Source of the DNA: Pelagomonas calceolata
Lineage: Eukaryota
Assembly (NCBI GenBank): GCA_918797485.1
Contig: CAKKNE010000001.1
Coordinates: 5,084,001-5,148,000 of the forward strand
Reading direction: 5' to 3'
Length of the DNA stretch: 64,000 bases
Shown: positions 1 to 9,721 of the stretch, piece after piece
Layout: each line of letters starts with the position of its first letter
How positions within the stretch are numbered: position 1 is the first letter of the stretch
Notes under the pieces: generated by a model
What the model saw: only the letters and a program-made list of their open reading frames with translations
Told to the model about the DNA's origin: nothing
Database searches by the model: none
Program-made: the position numbers and the translations under genes

Positions 1-1
1 T

Positions 2-766
2 TGGCGGCTCTGCAGAGAACACAAGGACGCGTCGGAATTTGATCCGTTGGAGTTCGCCGATACTTCGGTACTGGTCAAGCAGCTCGAAAAAAGGTTAGTA
101 GAGGACTTCCTGGAGGACGGCGGTAGATTACCTTCTGAGATTGCTGTCGATGCTCGAAAGGAGTGTATTGCTGCTATGTACCCCCACGGCGAGAAGGCTT
201 TACCGGTGAACGAAGTGCGCGCCGCATGTGTCGCGGAACTCCACGCGCTAGCCTATGACCAGTTCAAGACCACCCAAGACTACAAGGAGTACTGCCTCTC
301 GAAAAAAGATCTCGGTGAACCTGTTGAGGAAGGTGAGAGAGTGTTGATCTACACGCCCAAGGATCCCGCTGCATTAAAAGAACGGCTCGCGAAGATGCCC
401 AAGTGTTCTACGAAGTTGAAAGCGCTAGATGCGATCAAGAACGGCTCCGGGAAAAGGGTGTATGAGGCCTGGACTTCGTTAAAACATTCTACGGAGAAGA
501 CCGAACGCGTCATGATCGGTAGGGACCACAAGTGCGACGTCGCCGTCGACGACGACAAGCGCGTCTCGCGCGAACACGCGCGCATCGATTCGCTCAAGGA
601 CGGCCGCGTCGTGTTCCTGGATCTTGGAAGTTCGCACGGCTCGAAGGTGAACGGCAAGACGGTCTCTGGTAGAGTGTTCTTGAATGCTGGAGACGTCGTC
701 CACGTCGGCAAGACGGACATGGTCTTCACCGTGATTCCTTCTGGTACGGCGAACCCGCTCCGCTAG
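2..766 (+). CDS. 5'-partial protein with an RGS-like region and a C-terminal FHA domain
   Basis: Frame is open from position 2. FHA motifs IGR...CDV...VSREHARI...DLGSSHGSKVNG...GDVVHVG. The N-terminal part resembles an RGS helical domain (weaker call). Confidence 0.75.
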   Translation, partial: WRLCREHKDASEFDPLEFADTSVLVKQLEKRLVEDFLEDGGRLPSEIAVDARKECIAAMYPHGEKALPVNEVRAACVAELHALAYDQFKTTQDYKEYCLSKKDLGEPVEEGERVLIYTPKDPAALKERLAKMPKCSTKLKALDAIKNGSGKRVYEAWTSLKHSTEKTERVMIGRDHKCDVAVDDDKRVSREHARIDSLKDGRVVFLDLGSSHGSKVNGKTVSGRVFLNAGDVVHVGKTDMVFTVIPSGTANPLR

Positions 767-876
767 GTCGTGTGCCTGCAGCAGCGCTCCTCTGTCGATC
801 CCCTGTTCCCCCCTACGAGTGACGCGCGCTTGTTCCCCATCCCCTGTCTGTGCGTTATAACTATAATGTGCTCTTA

Positions 877-1686
877 TCAAAATAGGGGTATCTTCGGCTG
901 CTCCCGGTCTCGCCGCTCGGCGGCCTTCCGCGCCTGCCGCGCCGCGACCCTCGCTTGTACGATGTTGAGCAATAGAGCGCCGCCCCGCCACAGGAACCGC
1001 TTGTGCTCCCGGACGAATGCGAGGAGCCGCTCCCTTTGTGAAGGAAGGTCGCCGTCGCTCATTTGGAGACTTTCAAGCGACTGCGCGGCGAGCGCGTCCT
1101 CGACGATCGTGGCGACCGTGTCCCGAAACGCCTCGACGGCGTCGTCCGTCTCGTAGTGCAAACTCGTGCAACGCTCTATTTCATCGGCGAACGCAAATTC
1201 CGCCTCGACGGCCTGTTCCGCGATGCGCTCGGGCGAATCATTGGCATCCAGGGCGTCGGCGAAGGCCTTGGCGGCCCTCGCGCGCAGCACGGCGACGTGC
1301 AGGCGGTAGGTCGGTTCTAAACGAGAGGCGAGTTGTGCGACGTTCCCACAGCCGTCGGCGAGCAGCGCCGTCGTCTCCGCGAAGCCGGCGTACGGATGTT
1401 GAGGGGTCGACGCGGCGACGCGCTCCTCCAGCGCGGCGACGGCGGCGGCGTCGTACGTTGTTGTGTTTTCTCCGGCGCCGCCGCGGTGGACCCGCACGAC
1501 GGCGTCGTAAGTTGTTGTGTTTGCTCCGGTGCCGCCGCGACTGCGGGTCCACCGCGGCGGCGCGGTTGTGAGTTTTTTCGGCGCTTCGACGGCGGCAGCA
1601 CCACCGCGGCAGATGCGACGATGCGTGCGATGAGTGATGCCCCCTGCCGTCGCTGCCAGCAGCAGCGTGCAAAGCAGGCGCCGCAT
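877..1686 (-). CDS. Hypothetical protein with signal peptide and a short internal duplication (RGG..NTTTYDA x2)
   Basis: 269-aa ORF with hydrophobic N-terminus; divergent partner of the ligase gene. Confidence 0.6.
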   Translation of the reverse strand: MRRLLCTLLLAATAGGITHRTHRRICRGGAAAVEAPKKLTTAPPRWTRSRGGTGANTTTYDAVVRVHRGGAGENTTTYDAAAVAALEERVAASTPQHPYAGFAETTALLADGCGNVAQLASRLEPTYRLHVAVLRARAAKAFADALDANDSPERIAEQAVEAEFAFADEIERCTSLHYETDDAVEAFRDTVATIVEDALAAQSLESLQMSDGDLPSQRERLLAFVREHKRFLWRGGALLLNIVQARVAARQARKAAERRDREQPKIPLF

Positions 1687-1832
1687 CGCTTTTTACCACT
1701 ACGCGCCGCCTAGCGTCGCACGGCTCAAAGCGATGGATGGCAAACGTTGACGGGTCAGAGACGAAGCACACGCGTGATCCTCACACCCAGTGCGTGCCCT
1801 TTGAGCAGCTTAAGCGGTCCCGGCTCGGCTTG

Positions 1833-1855
1833 CTAGTGTCTTTACATGCCGCTAG
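1833..1855 (+). promoter_or_regulatory. CTAG-box promoter-region motif (ctagtgtctttacatgccgctag)
   Basis: Recurrent motif between divergent genes. Confidence 0.7.
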
Positions 1856-1940
1856 GTGCGCTTGGCAAGGTTTCTCGAGCGCGAGGCCGCGCGGAGACCT
1901 ATTATATCAACTGAGACGCATCATTTGACGCAGACATGCC

Positions 1941-3878
1941 ATGCGACAAGTTTTATTAGCGATGCTGCTGTGTGCGGCCCGGGCATTGCTACGCGCAGCA
2001 CGCCCGCCGCTGCGGCGCTGCGCGCGCGCCTACGCAGCGAAGAGCGATGACCTCGCGTCCCTAGAAAAAGAATTAGAGCGCCACGACAACCTCTACTACA
2101 ACCAAGCGAAACCGGAGCTCACGGACGAGGCCTACGACGCGCTCGCGCGAAAAGTAGATGAATTGAGAACGACGCCGCGCGGCGTCGGCGCGAAAAGGGG
2201 AGGCACCCTCGCCAAAGCCACACCACATACGACGCCCATGCTGAGCCTGGACACGTTGAAGGTCAAGGACGGAACCGTAACCACTATAGCGAAATGGCTC
2301 AAGAAAACAATCAAAGCCTGCGCCCCAGAAGCGATGCACGGTATTGTCGGAGAGCCGAAGCTCGACGGGCTGAGCGTCTCCCTGACCTATGTCGATGGTG
2401 TGTTGACGCAGGCGGCGACGCGCGGCGACGGCGTGGTGGGCGACGACGTGACTGACCAGATGCTGGAGGGGACGGCCATACCGACGCAACTTGATGATGC
2501 TTTTACGGGCGACGTGCGGGGCGAGGTCATCGTCCCCGTCGCCTTTTTTCGAGGCTTGGAGAAAGATAGTGCAGTAAGTGCCCGAAATTACGCGGCGGGC
2601 TCGCTGCGCCAGAAGAACGCCTCGGATGTTAGCGGACGAGGTCTGCGCTTCGTCGTACATGATGTGGTTGGTGGTGCTGAGAATTACACGGAGCGACGCT
2701 CAAAGGCCAAAAAGTGGGGCTTCGAGGTGGCACAACCGTCCATAAGAGTGGAGGTCGACGACGACGTGCCCGCGGATGCTTTACCGGACCACCTCCAAGC
2801 CTGTGCTGAGAAGTTGGCGGCTTACCACGCTTCACTCGGCGAGCAACGGCCGCCGCCGGCCGTCGCCGGGACACGATCGTCGAAGAAGGACGAGCTCCCG
2901 TACGAGATCGACGGCGTCGTCTTCAAGGTGGACTCGTGCAAAGCGGACGCGCAAGCGGGTTTCACGGCGCGAGCGCCGCGCGCGCGCGTGGCCCTCAAGT
3001 TCGATCGCGACGCTATCGTCGTTACTACAACTCTACTGGATGTGGAGATCGGCGTCGGGCGGCTTGGTGCGTTAACACCAGTCGCGAAACTGGAGCCCGT
3101 GAACTGCGGCGGCGTCACGGTCTCGTCGGCGACGCTCCACAATTTTGATGTATTAAGGGCCTCCCTCGGCGGCGCGCGCATTGGGGATACGGTCTTAGTG
3201 AAGCGCGCCGGCGACGTGATTCCGCAGATCGCGCCCGCGATCGAAGGGACGGGCGACGCCTGGCCGCCGCCCTCGAAATGTCCGCGGTGCGGCGCGCCGA
3301 CACGAGTCACGGGCGACGGCCAAGTCGCGTGCACCGCCGGTCTCCAATGCGACGCCCAGGCGGCGGGTCGGCTGCAGCACGCCCTGGGTCGAGGCGCGCT
3401 TGACCTAGGAAGCGGGTCCCTGGGCGCGAAGAAGGTCGAGCAACTCGTTGAGGAGGGCGTCCTGCGCTCCGCGGCGGACCTCCTCGACTTCGTGGATGAA
3501 AGGGAAGCGAGCCTCTCCAAACTATCGGCGCTGGACGGCTGGGGCGCCACGTCCTCGGAGAAGGTGCTCGACGCGCTGGAGACGCGCACCGCGACGCCGA
3601 TCCCGCTCGCGGCGTTCGTCTTCGCGCTGGGCGCGCCGCGGATCGGCAAGGCGACCGCTAAAAAAGTTGCGGGCATTTGCGGGTCGTGGACGGCGCTGCG
3701 GCGGTCTCTCTCCCCCACGACGGCGGCGGACGACGCGTTGCGCACGGCGCTGGCCGAGGCGCGGGGCGTCGGCCCGGCCGCGGTCGAGGGGCTGCTCGAG
3801 TTCTTCGCTGGTGTTGAGGACGCCGCGGTGGCGGACCGGCTGGCGGCGCGGCTTGATGTGGTGGACGATGATACATAA
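1941..3878 (+). CDS. ligA: NAD+-dependent DNA ligase (LigA family) with N-terminal targeting presequence and no BRCT domain
   Basis: Domain Ia HDNLYY...DEAYD, MLSLD, motif I EPKLDG, ATRGDG, RGEV, EIDGVVFK, OB fold GRLGALTPVA/ATLHN/RAGDVIPQI, C4 zinc finger, HhH repeats. Confidence 0.93.
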   Translation: MRQVLLAMLLCAARALLRAARPPLRRCARAYAAKSDDLASLEKELERHDNLYYNQAKPELTDEAYDALARKVDELRTTPRGVGAKRGGTLAKATPHTTPMLSLDTLKVKDGTVTTIAKWLKKTIKACAPEAMHGIVGEPKLDGLSVSLTYVDGVLTQAATRGDGVVGDDVTDQMLEGTAIPTQLDDAFTGDVRGEVIVPVAFFRGLEKDSAVSARNYAAGSLRQKNASDVSGRGLRFVVHDVVGGAENYTERRSKAKKWGFEVAQPSIRVEVDDDVPADALPDHLQACAEKLAAYHASLGEQRPPPAVAGTRSSKKDELPYEIDGVVFKVDSCKADAQAGFTARAPRARVALKFDRDAIVVTTTLLDVEIGVGRLGALTPVAKLEPVNCGGVTVSSATLHNFDVLRASLGGARIGDTVLVKRAGDVIPQIAPAIEGTGDAWPPPSKCPRCGAPTRVTGDGQVACTAGLQCDAQAAGRLQHALGRGALDLGSGSLGAKKVEQLVEEGVLRSAADLLDFVDEREASLSKLSALDGWGATSSEKVLDALETRTATPIPLAAFVFALGAPRIGKATAKKVAGICGSWTALRRSLSPTTAADDALRTALAEARGVGPAAVEGLLEFFAGVEDAAVADRLAARLDVVDDDT

Positions 3879-3923
3879 GAGTTGTTACACATTCCGACCC
3901 TGATCTGGCTCTCGTGGACGCCC

Positions 3924-4817
3924 TCATCTTCCAACATCTGGCGCGCGCGGCCGCAGAACGGCGAGAGCTCGTAGCCGAAGATGACCACTGGGGCGGCCCA
4001 CTGGCAAGTTCAATTTTTTGGACCCTGTCCCGCCGGTCCCGGGGACTTGGTACTGGTAGCATCCGAGATGGGCCCAGTATTCCACGATCTTCGGAATAAC
4101 GTCAGCAGGGAGGCGCCTACCGCGGCTAAAAATTGCCGCGAACATGGAGCGGTGTCCCCTCGCGTAGGCAGGAAAGCCGCCGGCCGTGTGCACGGCTTGC
4201 ACGTACTCAATGACTTTCCTTTCGGAAGGGCTGATAAAGGCGTTGGTCTCGTCCAAAAGTTCAAAAAACTCTGTAACTGCGGGTTCGTTGATGGACGCGC
4301 CAGCACGTAAGAGCACCGTAATAATGGAGTGGTCTGCGTTTTCGCCCCTCCTTCGGTGTGGACAAGTGGTGAACCTGATGGCTCTGACGAGCGGCGACAC
4401 AGGCTTCGAAAAGTCTTCACTGCGGCGGTTTACGTCAGCGCCAGCCGCTAGTAGCGCACGGACAGCTTGAGCGTGCCCAAAATCAATTGCGTAGTGCAGC
4501 GGTGTAAGGGACCCATACCCATATGGTGGAACAAAATCAACCTGAGCACCGCTGGCCAAAAGCACGCGAATTGTTTCTGTGTACCCACTCGAGGCGGCTG
4601 AGTTTAGCGGCGTTCGACCCTTGTCTGTGTAACAATCCGGGTGCGCGCCGGCCTCGATCAATTTCGCGACGCAATCTGTGTTATTGTTGCACACCGCAAA
4701 GATCAAAGGCGTGTAGCCGTCAGCGTCCATGGCGTTCGGGTCAGCGCCCTCGGCCAGAGCGCGATTAAGGGCCGCGAGGTCACGCTTGAGGGCAGCCGCT
4801 CGCAATCGCGGGTCCAT
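3924..4817 (-). CDS. Ankyrin-repeat protein
   Basis: GYTPLIFA, GRTPLNSAA, TPLHYAI...GADVN repeats; first ATG at 4817. Confidence 0.85.
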   Translation of the reverse strand: MDPRLRAAALKRDLAALNRALAEGADPNAMDADGYTPLIFAVCNNNTDCVAKLIEAGAHPDCYTDKGRTPLNSAASSGYTETIRVLLASGAQVDFVPPYGYGSLTPLHYAIDFGHAQAVRALLAAGADVNRRSEDFSKPVSPLVRAIRFTTCPHRRRGENADHSIITVLLRAGASINEPAVTEFFELLDETNAFISPSERKVIEYVQAVHTAGGFPAYARGHRSMFAAIFSRGRRLPADVIPKIVEYWAHLGCYQYQVPGTGGTGSKKLNLPVGRPSGHLRLRALAVLRPRAPDVGR

Positions 4818-4909
4818 CACAGTGTCACCGTTCGAAGCTGCCCCAAGAAGCAAAGTGGGACCCCACTGCAAGCTTTCAACTGTCGGTCTGAATTTGGGCA
4901 GCGTCAATG

Positions 4910-4929
4910 CTAGTATCTTACTGCGCTAG
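4910..4929 (+). promoter_or_regulatory. CTAG-box motif (ctagtatcttactgcgctag)
   Basis: Variant copy between divergent genes. Confidence 0.55.
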
Positions 4930-5014
4930 TTAACGACGGCGCCGGCAAGCTAGCCGGATTTCACGCCGACGAAGCGATCATTCGTCTGAAAAACACCGGC
5001 CCTGAACACTAGCC

Positions 5015-6349
5015 ATGCGTTGCGCCAGCCTCGTGCTGATCCTCGGCACTGCCGGGTCGCTCCAGCACGGTGCACCACCAAGGAGAGCATCTCCACCAGC
5101 CCGCGCTGCCCGCGGCCACTGCAAAACACCGAGGAGAAGAGCACCCCTCACCCGCCTGCACAACGCGGCCCAGAGCTCCCACCCCAGCTGGATCACCGCC
5201 GTAGACATTGAACAGGACGTTTATAATACCGCCGTCCAGGCCGAGAAGCCGCCCTGGAAGTTCACGAAGTCCCACGCCGAGGCCACCATAGGGAGAGAGG
5301 CCTTCTGCGACGTCTCCCAGGAGAAGACGTCGCGCGTGCGCTGCGTCGCCCAGAGTCAGCACCACGTGGCCTGGGATAGAACGCCACAACGGGTGTTGGT
5401 GCTGGCGAAGCGCCACGCGGACGATGAAGAGCTCGATGTGGCCTACCGCATTGCAAGGCACCTCCACGAGGCCTGTGGGGTGGACGTGCTACTAGCTGAT
5501 CCGTTGTACGAGCAGATCGGCAAAAGGCTACCAGCAGTGGAATTATGGCAAGGCGAGCACGTCTCGAGGTCACCGGATTTCGTGGCCACACTCGGTGGCG
5601 ACGGGTTGCTGTTGTACGCGAACACGCTGTTCCAGGCCACGCCGCCGCCGCCCGTCGTCGCGTTTGGCGCGGGCTCGCTCGGCTTCCTCGCACCGTTCGA
5701 CGTCGATGATGAACAGACGGGAGGTACTGTAGAAGAGACGCTCGACGAGGCCGTGTCGCTGGGCGAAGGCGAGTTGGAGCCCTGGCCCGTTTCTCTCAGA
5801 ATGCGGTTGCGGTGTCGCGTCGTGGACGGTGCTTCTGGTAAAGTCGTGGGTGGTCATGAGGCATTAAATGAAGTAGCCTTGGACCGGGGCAACTCGCCCT
5901 TTTTGTCTGCGGTCGAATGCTTTTGCAACGATGAACATTTAACAACAGCTCAGGCCGATGGGTTGATTGTGGCGACACCAACAGGCTCCACAGCGTACTC
6001 GTTAAGTGCGGGAGGCCCCATGGTCCACCCGTCCGTCAACGCCATGGTCTTCACGCCCATCTGTGCCCACTCGCTGAGTTTCCGACCCATCGTCTTCCCC
6101 GATAGCTGTACTTTACGTTTTGATGTTGACCCGGACGCGCGCGCGGACGCGTGGGTCACCTTTGATGGACGAAGTAGGGTGTGTCTGAAGCGGGGCGACT
6201 CGTTGATCGTGACGGCGTCGCCGCACCCTTTACCTACGGTCCTACGACTAGGGAACACGGCGGACTGGTTCGGGGGGTTGCGGACGCACTTCAATTTCAA
6301 CGTGCGACGGCGGCAGCAGAAGATCGCGGAGCAGTTCCTAAATGGCTAG
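5015..6349 (+). CDS. NAD(H) kinase with presequence
   Basis: LGGDG, GSLGFL, LNE, ADGLIVATPTGSTAYSLSAGG, PICAHSLSFRP. Confidence 0.93.
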   Translation: MRCASLVLILGTAGSLQHGAPPRRASPPARAARGHCKTPRRRAPLTRLHNAAQSSHPSWITAVDIEQDVYNTAVQAEKPPWKFTKSHAEATIGREAFCDVSQEKTSRVRCVAQSQHHVAWDRTPQRVLVLAKRHADDEELDVAYRIARHLHEACGVDVLLADPLYEQIGKRLPAVELWQGEHVSRSPDFVATLGGDGLLLYANTLFQATPPPPVVAFGAGSLGFLAPFDVDDEQTGGTVEETLDEAVSLGEGELEPWPVSLRMRLRCRVVDGASGKVVGGHEALNEVALDRGNSPFLSAVECFCNDEHLTTAQADGLIVATPTGSTAYSLSAGGPMVHPSVNAMVFTPICAHSLSFRPIVFPDSCTLRFDVDPDARADAWVTFDGRSRVCLKRGDSLIVTASPHPLPTVLRLGNTADWFGGLRTHFNFNVRRRQQKIAEQFLNG

Positions 6350-6352
6350 TAC

Positions 6353-8155
6353 TTACGCTGTTTCTAGGATAGCCTGGGAGCACTCATCTAAGGCAAGGTC
6401 CAGCTCTGAGGTCGCCTCCGATAACACGGAATCGAGCAGCTCCTCGGCGAGGGCCTCGATGATCTGCGGCTGGGTCAGGCCCGTCCCAAATAATTCCGCC
6501 GCGGAAAGCTCCGCCGCTCGTTTCACGGCGTCGCGGTACTCGAGGATCTCCCCCACCACTCTGGGTGGAACAGAACAATCCTTGGCGTGCAGGTTCTTCG
6601 GTTGTTCAACCTCCGGGGCCATGTTACCTTCAGGTATATGGAAGACGACGTCGGGTTTTGGAATACCTAAATGAGCGGCGACGTCCTCGGGGACCGTTAT
6701 CGTATCATTAACAGGTGGCGGTATCGGCTCGGGCCGCTTCTTCGGCTTGTGCGACACCGTGTCCAACAAGTCGCTCTCGGCCTGCTCGATGTCGCAGATC
6801 TTCGAGAAGAGCTTGTCGAGGAGTTCCGTCGAGTCCGCGGGCGGGATGCCCATGGGTTCCGAGGGCGGCTGGTTCAGGGGCGCGAAGGGTCTTCTAGAAG
6901 GTGGCGGCGGCCTTCTCAACTGCCGCAACAGATTCTGGTGCTGCTGGTGGAGCGTCTGCTGGAGCTTCGCCTCGACGCTCCGCTGCCACTCCCTCAAATC
7001 CGCGGGCGCGCCGTTCTCGCCGCCGCCCAGCGCGAACGCGTCACTCTTCGAAACCTGCTTCGCGGCCATGTCCACCAAGCCACTCACCGCGCGCGCCATC
7101 GCGCCGACGTCGGAAATGACCCCGATGTGCGCCTTCTGCGCGTCGGCGGCGGCGGCCGCGTTCGCCGTCGCTGCCGCTGCGAGTCTACGAGCCGCCGCTA
7201 ACGCCGTGGGCTCGTCGTTCACAGGTAAGGACGCGGCCTCGGCTGCGGCATACTCCGTATAAGCCCGAGCCGCTTCGGCGGAAAAAGGGTCCGCGGCGGC
7301 CGCGGCGCCCAGCCGCGCGCGGTGCGCGTTACTGTCGTACGCGGCCAGCGACCTTGCAATTTTCGCGTCGTCGAAGGGCGAGGTACCTCTTGTGCGCGTG
7401 CCGACGTGCGCGCTCGTGTACCCTCTCCCCCTCATTGGTGCGGGCTCGCCGACGCATTCTGACGTGACGCTCGATTCCTCGTGCACGATGGACCGTCTTC
7501 TTCGATGCGTAGGCTGGTGGCGGCTCGACGAGGTAGAAGTGTAGTCGCCGCTCGACCCGCGGCTCCGTCGCCGCGGCGGCGTCGTCGAGCGGCTCGAGCG
7601 GCGGGACCTCGGGACATCGGAATCCGAGGGGAAGCGCCGCCTTGCTCTTTCCTGATCAGAGGGTGTCGCGAACGCGCGCGTCGCGGCCCTTTCCCGCTCC
7701 TCGACGGGCGTGCGCGGCGCTCGTGCGGCTGCTCGCCTTTTAGCGGCTGCCCTCCTACCCTCAAGGAAGGCGTCGTCCAGTAATGATACTGTTTTTTCAG
7801 CTGGTGTCCGCGACCATGGGGCTTCTATTTCATCCAGGTCCATGGACGCGGACTTCGGTGTCGCGATGCGATTGATCTCTCGTTCCGGATCCGGGAGCTG
7901 CGGCCTCGACGGGGGCACGCCGCGCGCGATGCGCCTCCTCTCGACCGCCTCGTCGTGCGCGCGCTGCCGGTCCGCCGGTCGCGACGGCGGCGTCGCGTCC
8001 CAGGCCTTGCGCTGCTTCCTGCCTTTGGACTTGGCGGCGGCGCGCGCCGCCGCCCTTTCTCTAGCTTGCGCCACGAAGAAGCTCGTGTTCGTCGCGGCGG
8101 CGGCCCGCCTCAGCGCGTAGTCGCGCGTCCGCGGCACGCGGGCTTGAGGCTCCAT
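6353..8155 (-). CDS. Low-complexity protein whose C-terminus resembles Moonraker/KIAA0753
   Basis: 600-aa ORF; C-terminal VPPRVVGEILEY...IIEALAEELLDSVLSEATSEL. Family call from memory and tentative. Confidence 0.55.
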   Translation of the reverse strand: MEPQARVPRTRDYALRRAAAATNTSFFVAQARERAAARAAAKSKGRKQRKAWDATPPSRPADRQRAHDEAVERRRIARGVPPSRPQLPDPEREINRIATPKSASMDLDEIEAPWSRTPAEKTVSLLDDAFLEGRRAAAKRRAAARAPRTPVEERERAATRAFATPSDQERARRRFPSDSDVPRSRRSSRSTTPPRRRSRGSSGDYTSTSSSRHQPTHRRRRSIVHEESSVTSECVGEPAPMRGRGYTSAHVGTRTRGTSPFDDAKIARSLAAYDSNAHRARLGAAAAADPFSAEAARAYTEYAAAEAASLPVNDEPTALAAARRLAAAATANAAAAADAQKAHIGVISDVGAMARAVSGLVDMAAKQVSKSDAFALGGGENGAPADLREWQRSVEAKLQQTLHQQHQNLLRQLRRPPPPSRRPFAPLNQPPSEPMGIPPADSTELLDKLFSKICDIEQAESDLLDTVSHKPKKRPEPIPPPVNDTITVPEDVAAHLGIPKPDVVFHIPEGNMAPEVEQPKNLHAKDCSVPPRVVGEILEYRDAVKRAAELSAAELFGTGLTQPQIIEALAEELLDSVLSEATSELDLALDECSQAILETA

Positions 8156-8414
8156 CCTCTTTTGTTCGCTGGGTATGCCACGAGTCTCCCGTTTGCTGGT
8201 GCGCCGCTGCTATTCCACCAGTCTACCGTTTACTCGTGCGCCGTCGTTTGTTGGGCAGCTGCTGGATGCCGTGTTCGCGCCGGCGGCCCAGTTTCAATTT
8301 TGCCGGGTTCGGGTTCGGGTTCACCTGCAGATGCTTCTTCACCCCGATCCCTGCGAGTCATAGTCCCGGCGAGGGGCTGCGTCTGTGTGGAATTCAGTGC
8401 GGCGCGCAATACTG

Positions 8415-8437
8415 CTAGCGGCCTGTAAAGACACTAG
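8415..8437 (-). promoter_or_regulatory. CTAG-box motif (ctagcggcctgtaaagacactag on +)
   Basis: Identical to 21372-21394. Confidence 0.7.
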
Positions 8438-8511
8438 CCTACAAAAGCATGCAGGAGGCTCGAGCGCTTTGCATCGTAGGGCTGCCCCCGAGCGAGTTGA
8501 CCATATACAAG

Positions 8512-9675
8512 ATGATCCTCACGCAGTGCGCCGTCTGCGCCACCGAGCTTGGCTTGTCCTCGGGCAAGAAATGCGGCCGCTGCAGCACGCGCTACTGTGG
8601 GCCTGAATGCCAGGTGCAGCACTGGAAAGAGGGTGGTCATGACCTGCTCTGCAAGACAATAAAGAAAGCAGGCGGCGCGGAACAATACAACGCAAATGAA
8701 AAGTACGCGGAGGCCGTCGGAGCCGCAGCAGAGGCGTGCGCGGAGGACACAAAGGGCCAGACGTGCTACATCTGCACGCAGGCCCTCCACTGGAAAACGA
8801 AGGAGGGCCTCGTGCGCGGGTGCGCGTGCCGCGGGACGGCGGGGTTCGCGCACGTGTCGTGTCTGGCGGAGCAGGCCAAGATTTTGTGCGAGGAGGCCGA
8901 GGAAAACAATTTGGGCGCCAAGGCGAAGAATGAGAGGTGGAATCGGTGGTACACATGCAGCATGTGCGAGCAACACTACCATGGCGTCGTGAAATGCGCG
9001 CTCGGATGGGCGTGCTGGAAGACGTACGTGGGGCGGCCGGAGACTGACTCGGCTCGGCAAATGGCGATGAACGTGCTTGGGCTCGGTTTAACCGCTGCAG
9101 ACCACCACGAGGCCGCGCTGAGGGTGAAAGAGGCCGAGTTGTCTATGCTGCGGCGCCTTGGCGCAGACGAAGACAACATGCTCGTCGCTCAGTGCAACCT
9201 TGCGAACTCGTATGTAGAGCTTGGACGAAACGAAGAGGCTCTGAGAATAAAACAGGACGTATACTCCGGATACTTAAAGTTAAAAGGCGAGGAACATCCA
9301 AAAACCTTCCAAGCAGCCAACAACTACGTAGTGTCCCTTAATGGTCTACAGCGCTTCGGAGAAGCCAAGGCACTGTTGCGCAAAGCTATGCCCGTGACCC
9401 GACGTGTTCTCGGCGATAGCAATGAACTCACGCTCAGGATGAGCGCAACTTACGCGATGGCGCTCTACTTGGACCCCGTTGCCACGCTCGGCGATCTCCG
9501 CGAGGCCGTGTCGATGCTCGAGGAGGCCGCACGGACCGCGCGGCGCGTGTTTGGTGGCGCGCACCCATATTCAGTGGGAATGGAACAGGCCCTGCGAGAG
9601 TCGCGAGCAGCGCTCAGTGCCCGTGACGACGTGAGCGCCATCCGCGGGGCGCTGGAAGCAATGAACGCGACGTAA
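8512..9675 (+). CDS. MYND zinc finger + RING-CH + TPR-like repeat protein
   Basis: CAVC...CGRC...YCGPECQVQHW...H...C; CYIC...CACRG...HVSC...CSMC; kinesin-light-chain-type TPRs (GEEHPKT, GGAHPYS). Confidence 0.85.
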   Translation: MILTQCAVCATELGLSSGKKCGRCSTRYCGPECQVQHWKEGGHDLLCKTIKKAGGAEQYNANEKYAEAVGAAAEACAEDTKGQTCYICTQALHWKTKEGLVRGCACRGTAGFAHVSCLAEQAKILCEEAEENNLGAKAKNERWNRWYTCSMCEQHYHGVVKCALGWACWKTYVGRPETDSARQMAMNVLGLGLTAADHHEAALRVKEAELSMLRRLGADEDNMLVAQCNLANSYVELGRNEEALRIKQDVYSGYLKLKGEEHPKTFQAANNYVVSLNGLQRFGEAKALLRKAMPVTRRVLGDSNELTLRMSATYAMALYLDPVATLGDLREAVSMLEEAARTARRVFGGAHPYSVGMEQALRESRAALSARDDVSAIRGALEAMNAT

Positions 9676-9721
9676 AAAAACGACTAACCAGGATATATAA
9701 TAACACGACCTTAGGACCACC

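Noticed and set aside
1941..3878. LigA as evidence of bacterial contig, prophage or giant-virus insertion
   Set aside because: Flanked by eukaryotic genes, has a presequence and host promoter motif, and no viral hallmark genes are nearby
2822..3880. Long antisense ORFs (e.g. 2822-3988, 15254-16321, 46187-47104, 24865-25620)
   Set aside because: Shadow ORFs caused by high GC3 on the opposite coding strand
8415..8437. CTAG-box as a MITE with CTAG TSD
   Set aside because: Core is only 12-15 bp without TIRs and occurs once per promoter, which fits a regulatory site better; a TE origin is not excluded
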